Positions 17,837-25,610 of a stretch of DNA of 64,000 nt are shown one piece after another. The position numbers and the translations under genes are program-made. Position 1 is the first letter of the stretch. Each line of letters starts with the position of its first letter. Source of the DNA: an uncultured Gammaproteobacteria bacterium (lineage in GTDB: Bacteria > Pseudomonadota > Gammaproteobacteria > Xanthomonadales > Rhodanobacteraceae); assembly GCA_963758365.1 (NCBI GenBank), contig CAVWVB010000001.1, forward strand, positions 248,428 to 312,427, given 5' to 3'. The notes below the pieces were generated by a model, which had not been told where the DNA came from, did not search any database, and saw only the letters and a program-made list of their open reading frames with translations.

Positions 17837-20125
17837 ATGCGGAAGCTGTTCCTGACCCTGGCCCTCGTGCTGTCGAGCGGGCTTGCGTTCGCCAAACCCA
17901 CCGGGCAGGCGGCGGCGCCGCTGCTCAAGGCGACGCCCGCCCAGACCGAGGCGGCTATCTGGGCGACCCGCTTCCTGACCCGCTTCCACTACAAGCCGAT
18001 GCCGCTCGACGACGCGATGTCCGAGCAGATCTTCAAGCGCTACCTCGACGCGCTCGATGGCGACCGGCTGTTCTTCACCCAGGCCGACATCGATCGTTTC
18101 GGTGTCTACAAGGACACGCTCGACGACGCGATCTACGACCAGGATCTCGCCGCGCCATACGCGATCTTCAATGTCTACGAGCAGCGCGTCGGCGAGCGCG
18201 TCGCCTACGCGCGCTCGGTGCTCGCCAAGGGCTTCGATTTCAGCAAGGACGAGAGCTACCAGTACGACCGCGAGAAGGCCCCCTGGGGCAAGGACGATGC
18301 CGCGGTCAACGACCTCTGGCGCAAGCGCATCAAGAACGACTGGTTGCGCCTGAAACTGGCCGGCAAACAGGACAAGGACATCCACGAGACGCTCGACAAG
18401 CGCTATGCGAGCTACCTCGACCGCGTGCGCCAGCTCAACAGCGAGGACGTGTTCCAGACGTTCATGAATGCGTATGCGTCGTCGATCGAGCCGCATACCA
18501 ACTATCTCGGCCCGCGTGCATCCGAGAATTTCGACATCGCGATGAAGCTCTCGCTGGAGGGCATCGGCGCGGTACTGCAGCGCGACGAGGACTACACCGC
18601 GATCCGCGAGATCGTGCCCGGCGGGCCGGCCGCGTTGTCGGGCAAGCTCAAGGTCGGCGACCGCATCGTCGGCGTCGGTCAGGGCGAGCACGGGCCGATG
18701 GTCGACGTGGTCGGGTGGCGTCTGGATGACGTCGTCGACAAGATCCGCGGCGCCAAGGACACCGTCGTGCGCCTCGAGGTGCTGCCCGCCGATGCGGGTC
18801 CCGACGGCAGGCACGAACAGCTCGCGCTGGTGCGCAAGAAGGTCAGCATCGAGGAGCAGGCGGCCAAGAAGTCGATCATCGAGGTCAAGTCCGGCGAGCG
18901 CACGCGGCGCATCGGCGTGATCTCGCTGCCGACGTTCTACCAGGACTTCGACGCGCGCCGGCGCGGCGACCGCAACTACAAGAGCGCGACCCGCGACGTC
19001 GAGAAGCTGCTCGGCGAACTCAAGGCCGACAAGGTCGACGGCGTGGTCGTGGATCTGCGCAACAACGGCGGCGGCTCGCTCGCCGAAGCGACCGACCTGA
19101 CCGGCCTGTTCATCGGCAAGGGGCCGGTGGTCCAGGTACGCAATGCAGGCGGACAGGTCGAAGTCGAGGATGGCACCCATGCCGGCATGGCCTGGGATGG
19201 TCCGCTCGCGGTGCTGGTCAATCGCGGCTCGGCTTCCGCTTCGGAGATCTTCGCGGCCGCGATCCAGGACTACGGGCGCGGCGTGATCGTCGGCGAACCG
19301 ACCTTCGGCAAGGGTACCGTGCAGAACCTCGTCGACCTCGACGAAGTCGCGCACAACGAGAAGCCCATCTACGGCGAGGTCAAGATGACGATCGCCCAGT
19401 TCTTCCGCATCAACGGCGGCTCGACCCAGTTGCGCGGGGTCACGCCCGACATCAGTTTCCCGCTGACCGTCGACGCCAAGGATTTCGGCGAGTCGAGCTA
19501 CGACAACGCGCTGAAATGGACCTCGATCGCGCCTGCGGCCTATCAGCCGGTGGCCGATCTCAAACCGGTCATTCCGATGTTGCTGACCGACCACGCCAAC
19601 CGCGTGGGCAAGAACGTCGAATGGCGCAACTTCGAGGCCGATCTCGCCGACGTGCGTGCGCTGCGTGCGGAAAAGACGATTTCACTGAACGAGCAGGTGC
19701 GCCGCAAGGAGCGGGACGAGCAGGAAGCCAAGCGCAAGGCGCGCGAACTCGCGAGCGGCCATGCGACGCCGGACGCGGATCCAGCGACACGGACCAGGAA
19801 CAGGATTCAGGCCGATGCGAAGGACCAGCGCAGTGACGGCGGCACGGCCGCGGCGACGGCGGCCGCAAGCGCAGCCGCAGCCGCGCCTTCGGCGCGAGCG
19901 GACGGCGTCGATGCCGCGCTGCGCGACGACGGCCTGCAGCCGGACGAGCGCAGCATCGCCAACGACATCAAGCGCGAAGAGAGCGAGAAGGACAAGCGCG
20001 ACGTGATTCTCGACGAAGCCGCGCACATCCTTGCCGACGAGATCGGCTTGATCCGCACCGACACCAAGCTCGCGGCCGTGGTTCTGCCGCACGGCGCAGC
20101 CGCGCCGGTCGAGCGCACCGACTGA
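17837..20125 (+). CDS. prc: tail-specific (C-terminal processing) protease Prc
   Basis: 762 aa with signal peptide, PDZ region (GIGAVL...VPGGPAALSGKLKVGDRIVGV), S41 core (DLRNNGGGSL, SASASEIFAAAIQDYGRGVIVGEPTFGKGTVQ) and a long charged C-terminal tail. Confidence 0.93.
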   Translation: MRKLFLTLALVLSSGLAFAKPTGQAAAPLLKATPAQTEAAIWATRFLTRFHYKPMPLDDAMSEQIFKRYLDALDGDRLFFTQADIDRFGVYKDTLDDAIYDQDLAAPYAIFNVYEQRVGERVAYARSVLAKGFDFSKDESYQYDREKAPWGKDDAAVNDLWRKRIKNDWLRLKLAGKQDKDIHETLDKRYASYLDRVRQLNSEDVFQTFMNAYASSIEPHTNYLGPRASENFDIAMKLSLEGIGAVLQRDEDYTAIREIVPGGPAALSGKLKVGDRIVGVGQGEHGPMVDVVGWRLDDVVDKIRGAKDTVVRLEVLPADAGPDGRHEQLALVRKKVSIEEQAAKKSIIEVKSGERTRRIGVISLPTFYQDFDARRRGDRNYKSATRDVEKLLGELKADKVDGVVVDLRNNGGGSLAEATDLTGLFIGKGPVVQVRNAGGQVEVEDGTHAGMAWDGPLAVLVNRGSASASEIFAAAIQDYGRGVIVGEPTFGKGTVQNLVDLDEVAHNEKPIYGEVKMTIAQFFRINGGSTQLRGVTPDISFPLTVDAKDFGESSYDNALKWTSIAPAAYQPVADLKPVIPMLLTDHANRVGKNVEWRNFEADLADVRALRAEKTISLNEQVRRKERDEQEAKRKARELASGHATPDADPATRTRNRIQADAKDQRSDGGTAAATAAASAAAAAPSARADGVDAALRDDGLQPDERSIANDIKREESEKDKRDVILDEAAHILADEIGLIRTDTKLAAVVLPHGAAAPVERTD

Positions 20126-20207
20126 TCCGCGTTCGGCAGTCGACCCCCACCGGTCCGACGCACGGCGCAGCCCAGGCGCCATCGGCGGGCTGCGGTCGCC
20201 GCGGATG

Positions 20208-21581
20208 TCAGCGGTAGCGGTGGCGCAGGAACTCGAAGTACGCGCGCAGCCCTTGCGCCTCGCCGCCGCGCGGATGGCCCGGCTTGTCGGCGTCGTTCCA
20301 CGAGTACACGTCGAGATGCGCCCAGGGCTGGGTCGCAGGCACGAAACGCTCGAGAAACAGCGCCGCGGTGATCGCGCCCGCGTGGCGTGACGCGCCGGCG
20401 TTGGCGAGATCGGCGACGTGCGAGTCGAGCAGGGTCAGGTACGGGCTCCACAGCGGCATCCGCCAGAGCGGATCGCGGGTTGCGCCGGCAGCCGCGAGCA
20501 GGCCCGCGGCGACGTCGTCGCGGTTCGCGAACAGCGCGGGCAGCTCGGGACCGAGCGCGACGCGCGCCGCGCCGGTCAGGGTCGCGAAATCGAGGATCAG
20601 GTCGGGCTTCTGCTCGGCTGCATAGGCAAGCGCGTCGCAGAGCACGAGGCGGCCCTCGGCGTCGGTATTGTCGACCTCGACGCTGATTCCGGCGCGCGTC
20701 GTGATCACTTCGCCCGGACGGTACGCATTGCCCGCGATCGCGTTCTCGACCGCGGGCACCAGCAGGGTCAGGCGCACCGGCAGGCGCGTCGCGAGCACGA
20801 GGCTCGCGAGTCCGATCGCGTGCGCGGCGCCGCCCATGTCCTTCTTCATCCAGCGCATGCCGTCGGCGCTCTTGATGTCGAGGCCGCCGGAGTCGAAGCA
20901 CACGCCCTTGCCGATCACGACCAGGTGCGGCGCATCGGCCGCGCCTGCGTCGAGTTCGAGCAGCCGCGGCGCGCGATGGCTCGCGCGGCCGACTGCATGG
21001 ATGGCCGGGAAATTGGCCGCGAGCAATTCGTCGCCGACGCGCTCGCTGAAGCGTGCTCCATGGCGCTCGGCGAGCGCGCGCACCGCGGCCGCGAGTTCAG
21101 CCGGCCCCATGTCCTCGGTCGGCGTGTTGATCAGGTCGCGGACCTGGAACGCGGCTTCGGCCAGGGGCAGGACCTGCGCCGCGGTGTCGGCGGCGACGAC
21201 CAGGCGTGCGGCCATGCGGGACGGCTTCTTGTAGCGCGTGAACTGATATGCACCGAGCGCCCACCCGAGTGCGACGTGGCCCGCATCGAGCGCGAGCCCG
21301 CGCGGGTCGAGCGCATAGTCGCCCTGCGGCAGGCGCGAGGGCAGCGAAGCGAGGCCGAACAGTGCGTCGCGGCGGTCGCAGCCCGCGAGCACCGCGGCCG
21401 GATTGCCGTCAGGGCCCGGAATCGCGACGAAACGGCCGGGCTCGCCCGCGAATCCGTTCGCCGCGCACCAGCGCCGCGCGTGCGCGCCGAACAGCTCCGC
21501 GACCGCGACGAAGTTGTCGCGGTCCACTGCGAGCAGCGGCGTGGCCTGCGCGGCCCGTGCCGGATCGATCCAGGCGTCCAT
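20208..21581 (-). CDS. M17 family leucyl aminopeptidase
   Basis: Start MDAWIDPARA inside ORF 20208..22295. VIGKGVCFDSGGLDIK, MKKDMGGAA, NTDAEGRLVLCDAL (M17 signature NTDAEGRL). Confidence 0.88.
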   Translation of the reverse strand: MDAWIDPARAAQATPLLAVDRDNFVAVAELFGAHARRWCAANGFAGEPGRFVAIPGPDGNPAAVLAGCDRRDALFGLASLPSRLPQGDYALDPRGLALDAGHVALGWALGAYQFTRYKKPSRMAARLVVAADTAAQVLPLAEAAFQVRDLINTPTEDMGPAELAAAVRALAERHGARFSERVGDELLAANFPAIHAVGRASHRAPRLLELDAGAADAPHLVVIGKGVCFDSGGLDIKSADGMRWMKKDMGGAAHAIGLASLVLATRLPVRLTLLVPAVENAIAGNAYRPGEVITTRAGISVEVDNTDAEGRLVLCDALAYAAEQKPDLILDFATLTGAARVALGPELPALFANRDDVAAGLLAAAGATRDPLWRMPLWSPYLTLLDSHVADLANAGASRHAGAITAALFLERFVPATQPWAHLDVYSWNDADKPGHPRGGEAQGLRAYFEFLRHRYR

Positions 21582-21583
21582 CG

Positions 21584-22336
21584 TCACTCCTCGTGCCCTC
21601 TTGTTGCTTCGGCGTGGCGTTCGATCCACTGCGCGAGTTCGGTCAGGTCGCGCAGTTCGATGTCGGGTGCCCCGCGATCCGCGCGCGCCAGGCTGGTGGC
21701 GTCGAGTGCGCGCACGCGTTCGGTCCAGCGCGCGCCGTCGCGATTCAGCCAGGCCGTGCGCAGACCCGCCGCGCGCGCGCCGATCACGTCGAGCAGCGGA
21801 TCGTCGCCGACATGCAGCACGTGCTGCGGGGCGAGACCCAGGCGCGCGCAGGCATCGTGGAAGATCGCCGCGGCCGGCTTGGCGAAGCCGCACTCGCGCG
21901 CCGAGAGGCAGTGGCGGAAATGCGCGCGCAGACCGATTCGCGCGAGATCCGCATTGCCGTTGGAGATGCTGACCACCGGCACGCGCGCGGCGAGCGCGGC
22001 GAGCGCGGGTTCCACGTCGGGATAGCAGTCGACGCGATTGCGCGCCGCGAAGTAGACCTCGTAGGCGGCCTCGACATGCTCGCCTCCGAAGCCGCAGGTC
22101 GCGAATGCGCGCTCGAGGGTCAGCATGCGCTGCGTGCTGTAGTCGTGCGCGAGATCCGGACGTTCGCTCGCGATCTGCTCGCGCAAGCGCCGCAGCGCCG
22201 CGATCGGCCATGTGGCCGCGACCGTGGCGTGCTGCGCGCGCAGCCATTCGTGCAGATGCTGCTCGGCTCCGAGAATGGCCGGTGCAACCGGCCACAGGGT
22301 GTCGTCCAGATCGAGCGAAACGGCACGGATCTGCAT
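21584..22336 (-). CDS. HAD-superfamily hydrolase
   Basis: Start MQIRAVSLDLDDTLWP (DxDxT motif I) inside ORF 21584..22741. SISNGN (motif II), GFAKPAAAIF (Lys motif), HVGDDPLLDV (motif IV). Confidence 0.8.
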   Translation of the reverse strand: MQIRAVSLDLDDTLWPVAPAILGAEQHLHEWLRAQHATVAATWPIAALRRLREQIASERPDLAHDYSTQRMLTLERAFATCGFGGEHVEAAYEVYFAARNRVDCYPDVEPALAALAARVPVVSISNGNADLARIGLRAHFRHCLSARECGFAKPAAAIFHDACARLGLAPQHVLHVGDDPLLDVIGARAAGLRTAWLNRDGARWTERVRALDATSLARADRGAPDIELRDLTELAQWIERHAEATRGHEE

Positions 22337-22367
22337 CGGCGACGGCGCGCCGGCCACGGCCGGATGC

Positions 22368-23732
22368 TCAGTTCTGTGCGGCGCCGCCGTTGACATTGTC
22401 GAACGACACGGGTGGTTTCTTCGCCGGTTCGGGCGACTTCGAGGTTTTCGCGACCGCAGTCTTCGCGACCGCCTTCGGGGCCGGCTTTTTCTTCGCGGCC
22501 GGCTTGCGGGTTGCGGCGACCTTTGCTTTCGGTGCGCGCGTTTCGACGTGCGGCGCCGGCGTCGGCGCAACCGTGGCCCGCGGCATCTGCGCGTCCGGTG
22601 CGGGCGCGCTCGCGACCGCGGCCGGCGCAGCGGGCGGGAGCGGGGGCGGCGCCGCGCCGGCGCTCTTCGCGGCGGCCTTCTTTTCCTCGGCGCGGGCCAG
22701 GTTCGCGCGTGCGGCCTCGGTCGTCTGCGCGGTCGGCGCAATGCGCACGCGCGATTCGAGGGTTGCGCGCGGCGCCGATACCGGTGTCGGCGTCGCGGCG
22801 GCGACGGCGCTGGCCTGGCGACCGAGCTGGGCGTCGATGAACGCCATGCGCTGTTCGTTGCGCGCGACCGCGTCGCCCGCGTCCGCGTACGGGATCAGGT
22901 CGTGGCGGCGCAGGATGTCCTTGGCGGCCGGGGTGTCGAGAAACGCGAGAAAACGATCGATCGACGCCTGCTTGGGCGAATCGACGCGGCTCGCCAGATA
23001 CAGCGTGATATAGAGCGGATAGCTCGCGTCGGCGACGCTCGCGGGCGAGGCCTTGACACCTTCGATGTCGAGCGCCTTGACCGCCTTGTTGCCATGCACG
23101 CTGGCCAGCGTCGACAGACCGAGCCCGGCCGGGTCGATCGCGACCGCTTCCTCGAGCTTGACCGTGTTGAGGTAGAGGCGCGGCGCGGCGACGCGCTGAT
23201 CGCCATTGCGGAACACGAGCTCGCGCAGCGAGAACTCCACGCCATCGAGCGGCGCGGCGATCGCATACAGGTTGATCGGCAGGTCCGCACCGCCGAGTTC
23301 CTTCCAGTTGGTGATGCGTCCGAAGTAGATGTCGTGGACCTGCTTGAGGGTGACGCGATCGACCGGGTTGCGCGGATGAGTGATCAGAACCGCAGCGTCG
23401 AGCGCGACCGGCACGAAATTGATGTTCGCTTCCTCGGCGCGGCGCGCGTACTTGCCGCGTGCGCTGCCTGCGATATCCGCGCTGCCGCTCGCGACCGCAT
23501 CGAGACCGGACAGGGTGCTGAACGGCTGCAGCACGATCGTGCCCTTCTTGTCCTTCGCATACTGCTTGGCGAGGTCGTCCATGATCGCGCGGCCGGTGGC
23601 CTGGTCGCCGCGCCAGACCAGCTGGTCCATCGTGGCGGCGCGCGCCGGCGCAGCGAGGCCGACGAGGAGGAGTGCGAGCGGGATCGCGAAAGACGCAATG
23701 AGGTGGCGTGGCAGCATGGTTGCGGAAGGCAT
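22368..23732 (-). CDS. PstS-like periplasmic substrate-binding protein fused to an Ala/Pro/Lys-rich (histone H1-like) C-terminal tail
   Basis: Signal peptide, then a PBP-like_2 pattern (SGLDAVASGSADIAGSAR...VTLKQVHDIYFGRITNWKELGG...YPLYITLYL). The last ~130 aa are AAKKKPAPKAVAKTAVAKT-type low complexity. Confidence 0.75.
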   Translation of the reverse strand: MPSATMLPRHLIASFAIPLALLLVGLAAPARAATMDQLVWRGDQATGRAIMDDLAKQYAKDKKGTIVLQPFSTLSGLDAVASGSADIAGSARGKYARRAEEANINFVPVALDAAVLITHPRNPVDRVTLKQVHDIYFGRITNWKELGGADLPINLYAIAAPLDGVEFSLRELVFRNGDQRVAAPRLYLNTVKLEEAVAIDPAGLGLSTLASVHGNKAVKALDIEGVKASPASVADASYPLYITLYLASRVDSPKQASIDRFLAFLDTPAAKDILRRHDLIPYADAGDAVARNEQRMAFIDAQLGRQASAVAAATPTPVSAPRATLESRVRIAPTAQTTEAARANLARAEEKKAAAKSAGAAPPPLPPAAPAAVASAPAPDAQMPRATVAPTPAPHVETRAPKAKVAATRKPAAKKKPAPKAVAKTAVAKTSKSPEPAKKPPVSFDNVNGGAAQN

Positions 23733-23822
23733 CGGAAGCGAAGAAGAAATGCGGGCGCAACCTTAGCATGCGCGTGCCTGCACCGGCGCCGCGCGGATCA
23801 CGGATTGCGCCGCGGCCGCGGT

Positions 23823-25226
23823 CTACTGCAACAGCAGGTAGTACAGCTCGTTGCCGCGCACCAGGGTCAGCAGAAGCTGGCGCGGGTGGCTCGCGACGAG
23901 GCGCCCGAAGTCCTCGCTGCCCGCGAGATCGCGCCGGTTCACAGCGACCACGATGTCGCCCTTGCGCAGGCCGTTCACGAACGCGGTGCTGTTCGGCGCG
24001 ATCGCACTCACGCTGACCCCGCCGATGCCCTGGCGGCGCAGGCGGTCTTCGAGGTCGCGGAATTCGACGCCGCCGAGGCGGCGGTCGAGGGCTGCGCCCT
24101 TGATCGTGCGCAGCACGGTTGCCTTGAGCGCGGTACTCACGCTGAGCGGCTTGCCGTCGCGGACGAGGCCGACCTGCACCGCGGCGCCGGGCGCGGTCAG
24201 GCCCTCGATGTTGTAGAGGTCCTGTTCGCTGGTCACGGGCTTGCCGTTCAGCGACACGATGACGTCGCCCGCGCGCAGGCCGGCCGCTGCCGCGGGCGAG
24301 TTCGCGCGGACCCGGGTCACGACCGCGCCGCGGGTGTCACCGAGCGCGAGCATCGCGGCGATCTGCGGGGTGATGTCCTGCGCCTCGACACCGAGCACGC
24401 CGCGCTTGACCGTGCCGGTGGTGATCAGCTGGCGCATCACGTCGGCGGCGAGATTGGACGGAATCGCGAAACCGATGCCGACATTGCCGCCCGAAGGCGA
24501 GAAGATCAGCGAGTTGATGCCGACCAGTTCGCCGCGCAGGTTGACCAGCGGGCCCCCCGAGTTGCCCGGATTGATCGACGCGTCGGTCTGGATGAAGTTC
24601 TGGTAGCCCGTGCCGCGCAGGCCGGTGCGCCCGAGTGCAGAGACGATGCCCGAGGTCACGGTCTGGCCGAGTCCGAACGGCTCGCCGATCGCGACCACGA
24701 AATCGCCGACGCGCAGCTTCGAGGAATCGGCCAGCGGCAGCGCGGTCAGGTGCGCGGCCGGAATCTGCAGCACCGCGAGGTCGGTGTCCGGATCGGTGCC
24801 GAGCACCCGGGCCTTGACCGTGTGGCCGTCGGCGACGGTCACCGAGATGTCGTCGGCGCCCTCGACGACGTGATTGTTGGTCAGCACGTAACCCTTGTCC
24901 GCATCCACGATCACGCCCGAACCGAGCGACTGCTGGACGCGTTCGCGCGGCGTCGAGGGCACGCCGAAGAAGCGCTGGAAGAACGGATCGTCGAAGTACG
25001 GGTTGCGCACCGCGACCGTGGTCTTCGAAGCGATGTTGACCACCGCGGGCGTGACCCGTTCGAGCATCGGCGCGAGCGAGGGCACCGCCTGACCATCGAC
25101 CGCGGGCGGCAGACCCGCCGCGACCGCGCCGTCGGGCATGCCCGCGAGGACGCCGCAGGCGAGCGCGAACGGCAGCGCCAGCGCGGGCAGGCGGCGGACA
25201 CGAAGGGAGCGGCGTGAATTGGGCAT
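23823..25226 (-). CDS. DegP/HtrA-family periplasmic serine endoprotease (two PDZ domains)
   Basis: Catalytic motifs TNNHVV (His), DLAVLQI (Asp), GNSGGPLVN (Ser), followed by two PDZ-like regions. Start MPNSRRSL (25226) or MIAMPNS (25235). Confidence 0.9.
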   Translation of the reverse strand: MPNSRRSLRVRRLPALALPFALACGVLAGMPDGAVAAGLPPAVDGQAVPSLAPMLERVTPAVVNIASKTTVAVRNPYFDDPFFQRFFGVPSTPRERVQQSLGSGVIVDADKGYVLTNNHVVEGADDISVTVADGHTVKARVLGTDPDTDLAVLQIPAAHLTALPLADSSKLRVGDFVVAIGEPFGLGQTVTSGIVSALGRTGLRGTGYQNFIQTDASINPGNSGGPLVNLRGELVGINSLIFSPSGGNVGIGFAIPSNLAADVMRQLITTGTVKRGVLGVEAQDITPQIAAMLALGDTRGAVVTRVRANSPAAAAGLRAGDVIVSLNGKPVTSEQDLYNIEGLTAPGAAVQVGLVRDGKPLSVSTALKATVLRTIKGAALDRRLGGVEFRDLEDRLRRQGIGGVSVSAIAPNSTAFVNGLRKGDIVVAVNRRDLAGSEDFGRLVASHPRQLLLTLVRGNELYYLLLQ

Positions 25227-25381
25227 GGCGATCATCCTGGACTCGAAAACGATGGCTAGCATCGACCGATCGTTAGGACCGCGCAAATGCACTTCAGTTT
25301 CGCGGCGGCCTTGCGGTCGGCACGAAAAATGCGCTTTCGAATCGCGCCGATGCGGGCCGCTGCGGAGGTACGAGAAGGCTC

Positions 25382-25410
25382 TTTACATCCTCGGGCGGCG
25401 AGCGTAGGTT
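25382..25410 (+). promoter_or_regulatory. candidate sigma70 promoter of nrdJ (TTTACA-N17-TAGGTT)
   Basis: tttaca (25382-25387), 17-nt spacer, taggtt (25405-25410), about 200 nt upstream of the nrdJa ATG and just upstream of the NrdR-box-like palindromes. Pattern match only. Confidence 0.3.
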
Positions 25411-25423
25411 TACCCCCCGGTCT

Positions 25424-25469
25424 CACAATATCTTGTGGTTGTCGGGACCGGGCCCACCTATCGGTTGGG
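25424..25469. promoter_or_regulatory. two NrdR-box-like palindromes (~30 bp centre to centre)
   Basis: Box 1 CACAATATCTTGTGG (25424-25438) resembles the published NrdR box palindrome (acaCwAtATaTwGtgt). Box 2 CCCACCTATCGGTTGGG (25453-25469) is a weaker palindrome about three helical turns away, the usual tandem arrangement upstream of nrd operons. Confidence 0.45.
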
Positions 25470-25610
25470 TAGGCGAGGGTGGAGCACAGCGTGGTGCAGC
25501 GGCCTGCGCGGTGCGGCCCATGGGGGATCGCCAGGGCGGAAACGCGGTGTGATCAGCGCATGCAACCGGTCGGATCGCAATCCGGTCGAGATCAGGAGAA
25601 ATCAACAACA

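Noticed and set aside
20208-22295. Single 695-aa ORF in the track
   Set aside because: Only the C-terminal 457 aa (from MDAWIDP, 21581) look like an M17 peptidase. The upstream part is Arg/Ala-rich, is read out of frame through the HAD gene (21584-22336) and is a high-GC artefact.
25470-25610. Cobalamin riboswitch upstream of the B12-dependent nrdJ
   Set aside because: No B12 box or GCCACTG-type conserved elements are visible. NrdR-box-like palindromes explain the regulation better. A cmscan would be needed to exclude it fully.
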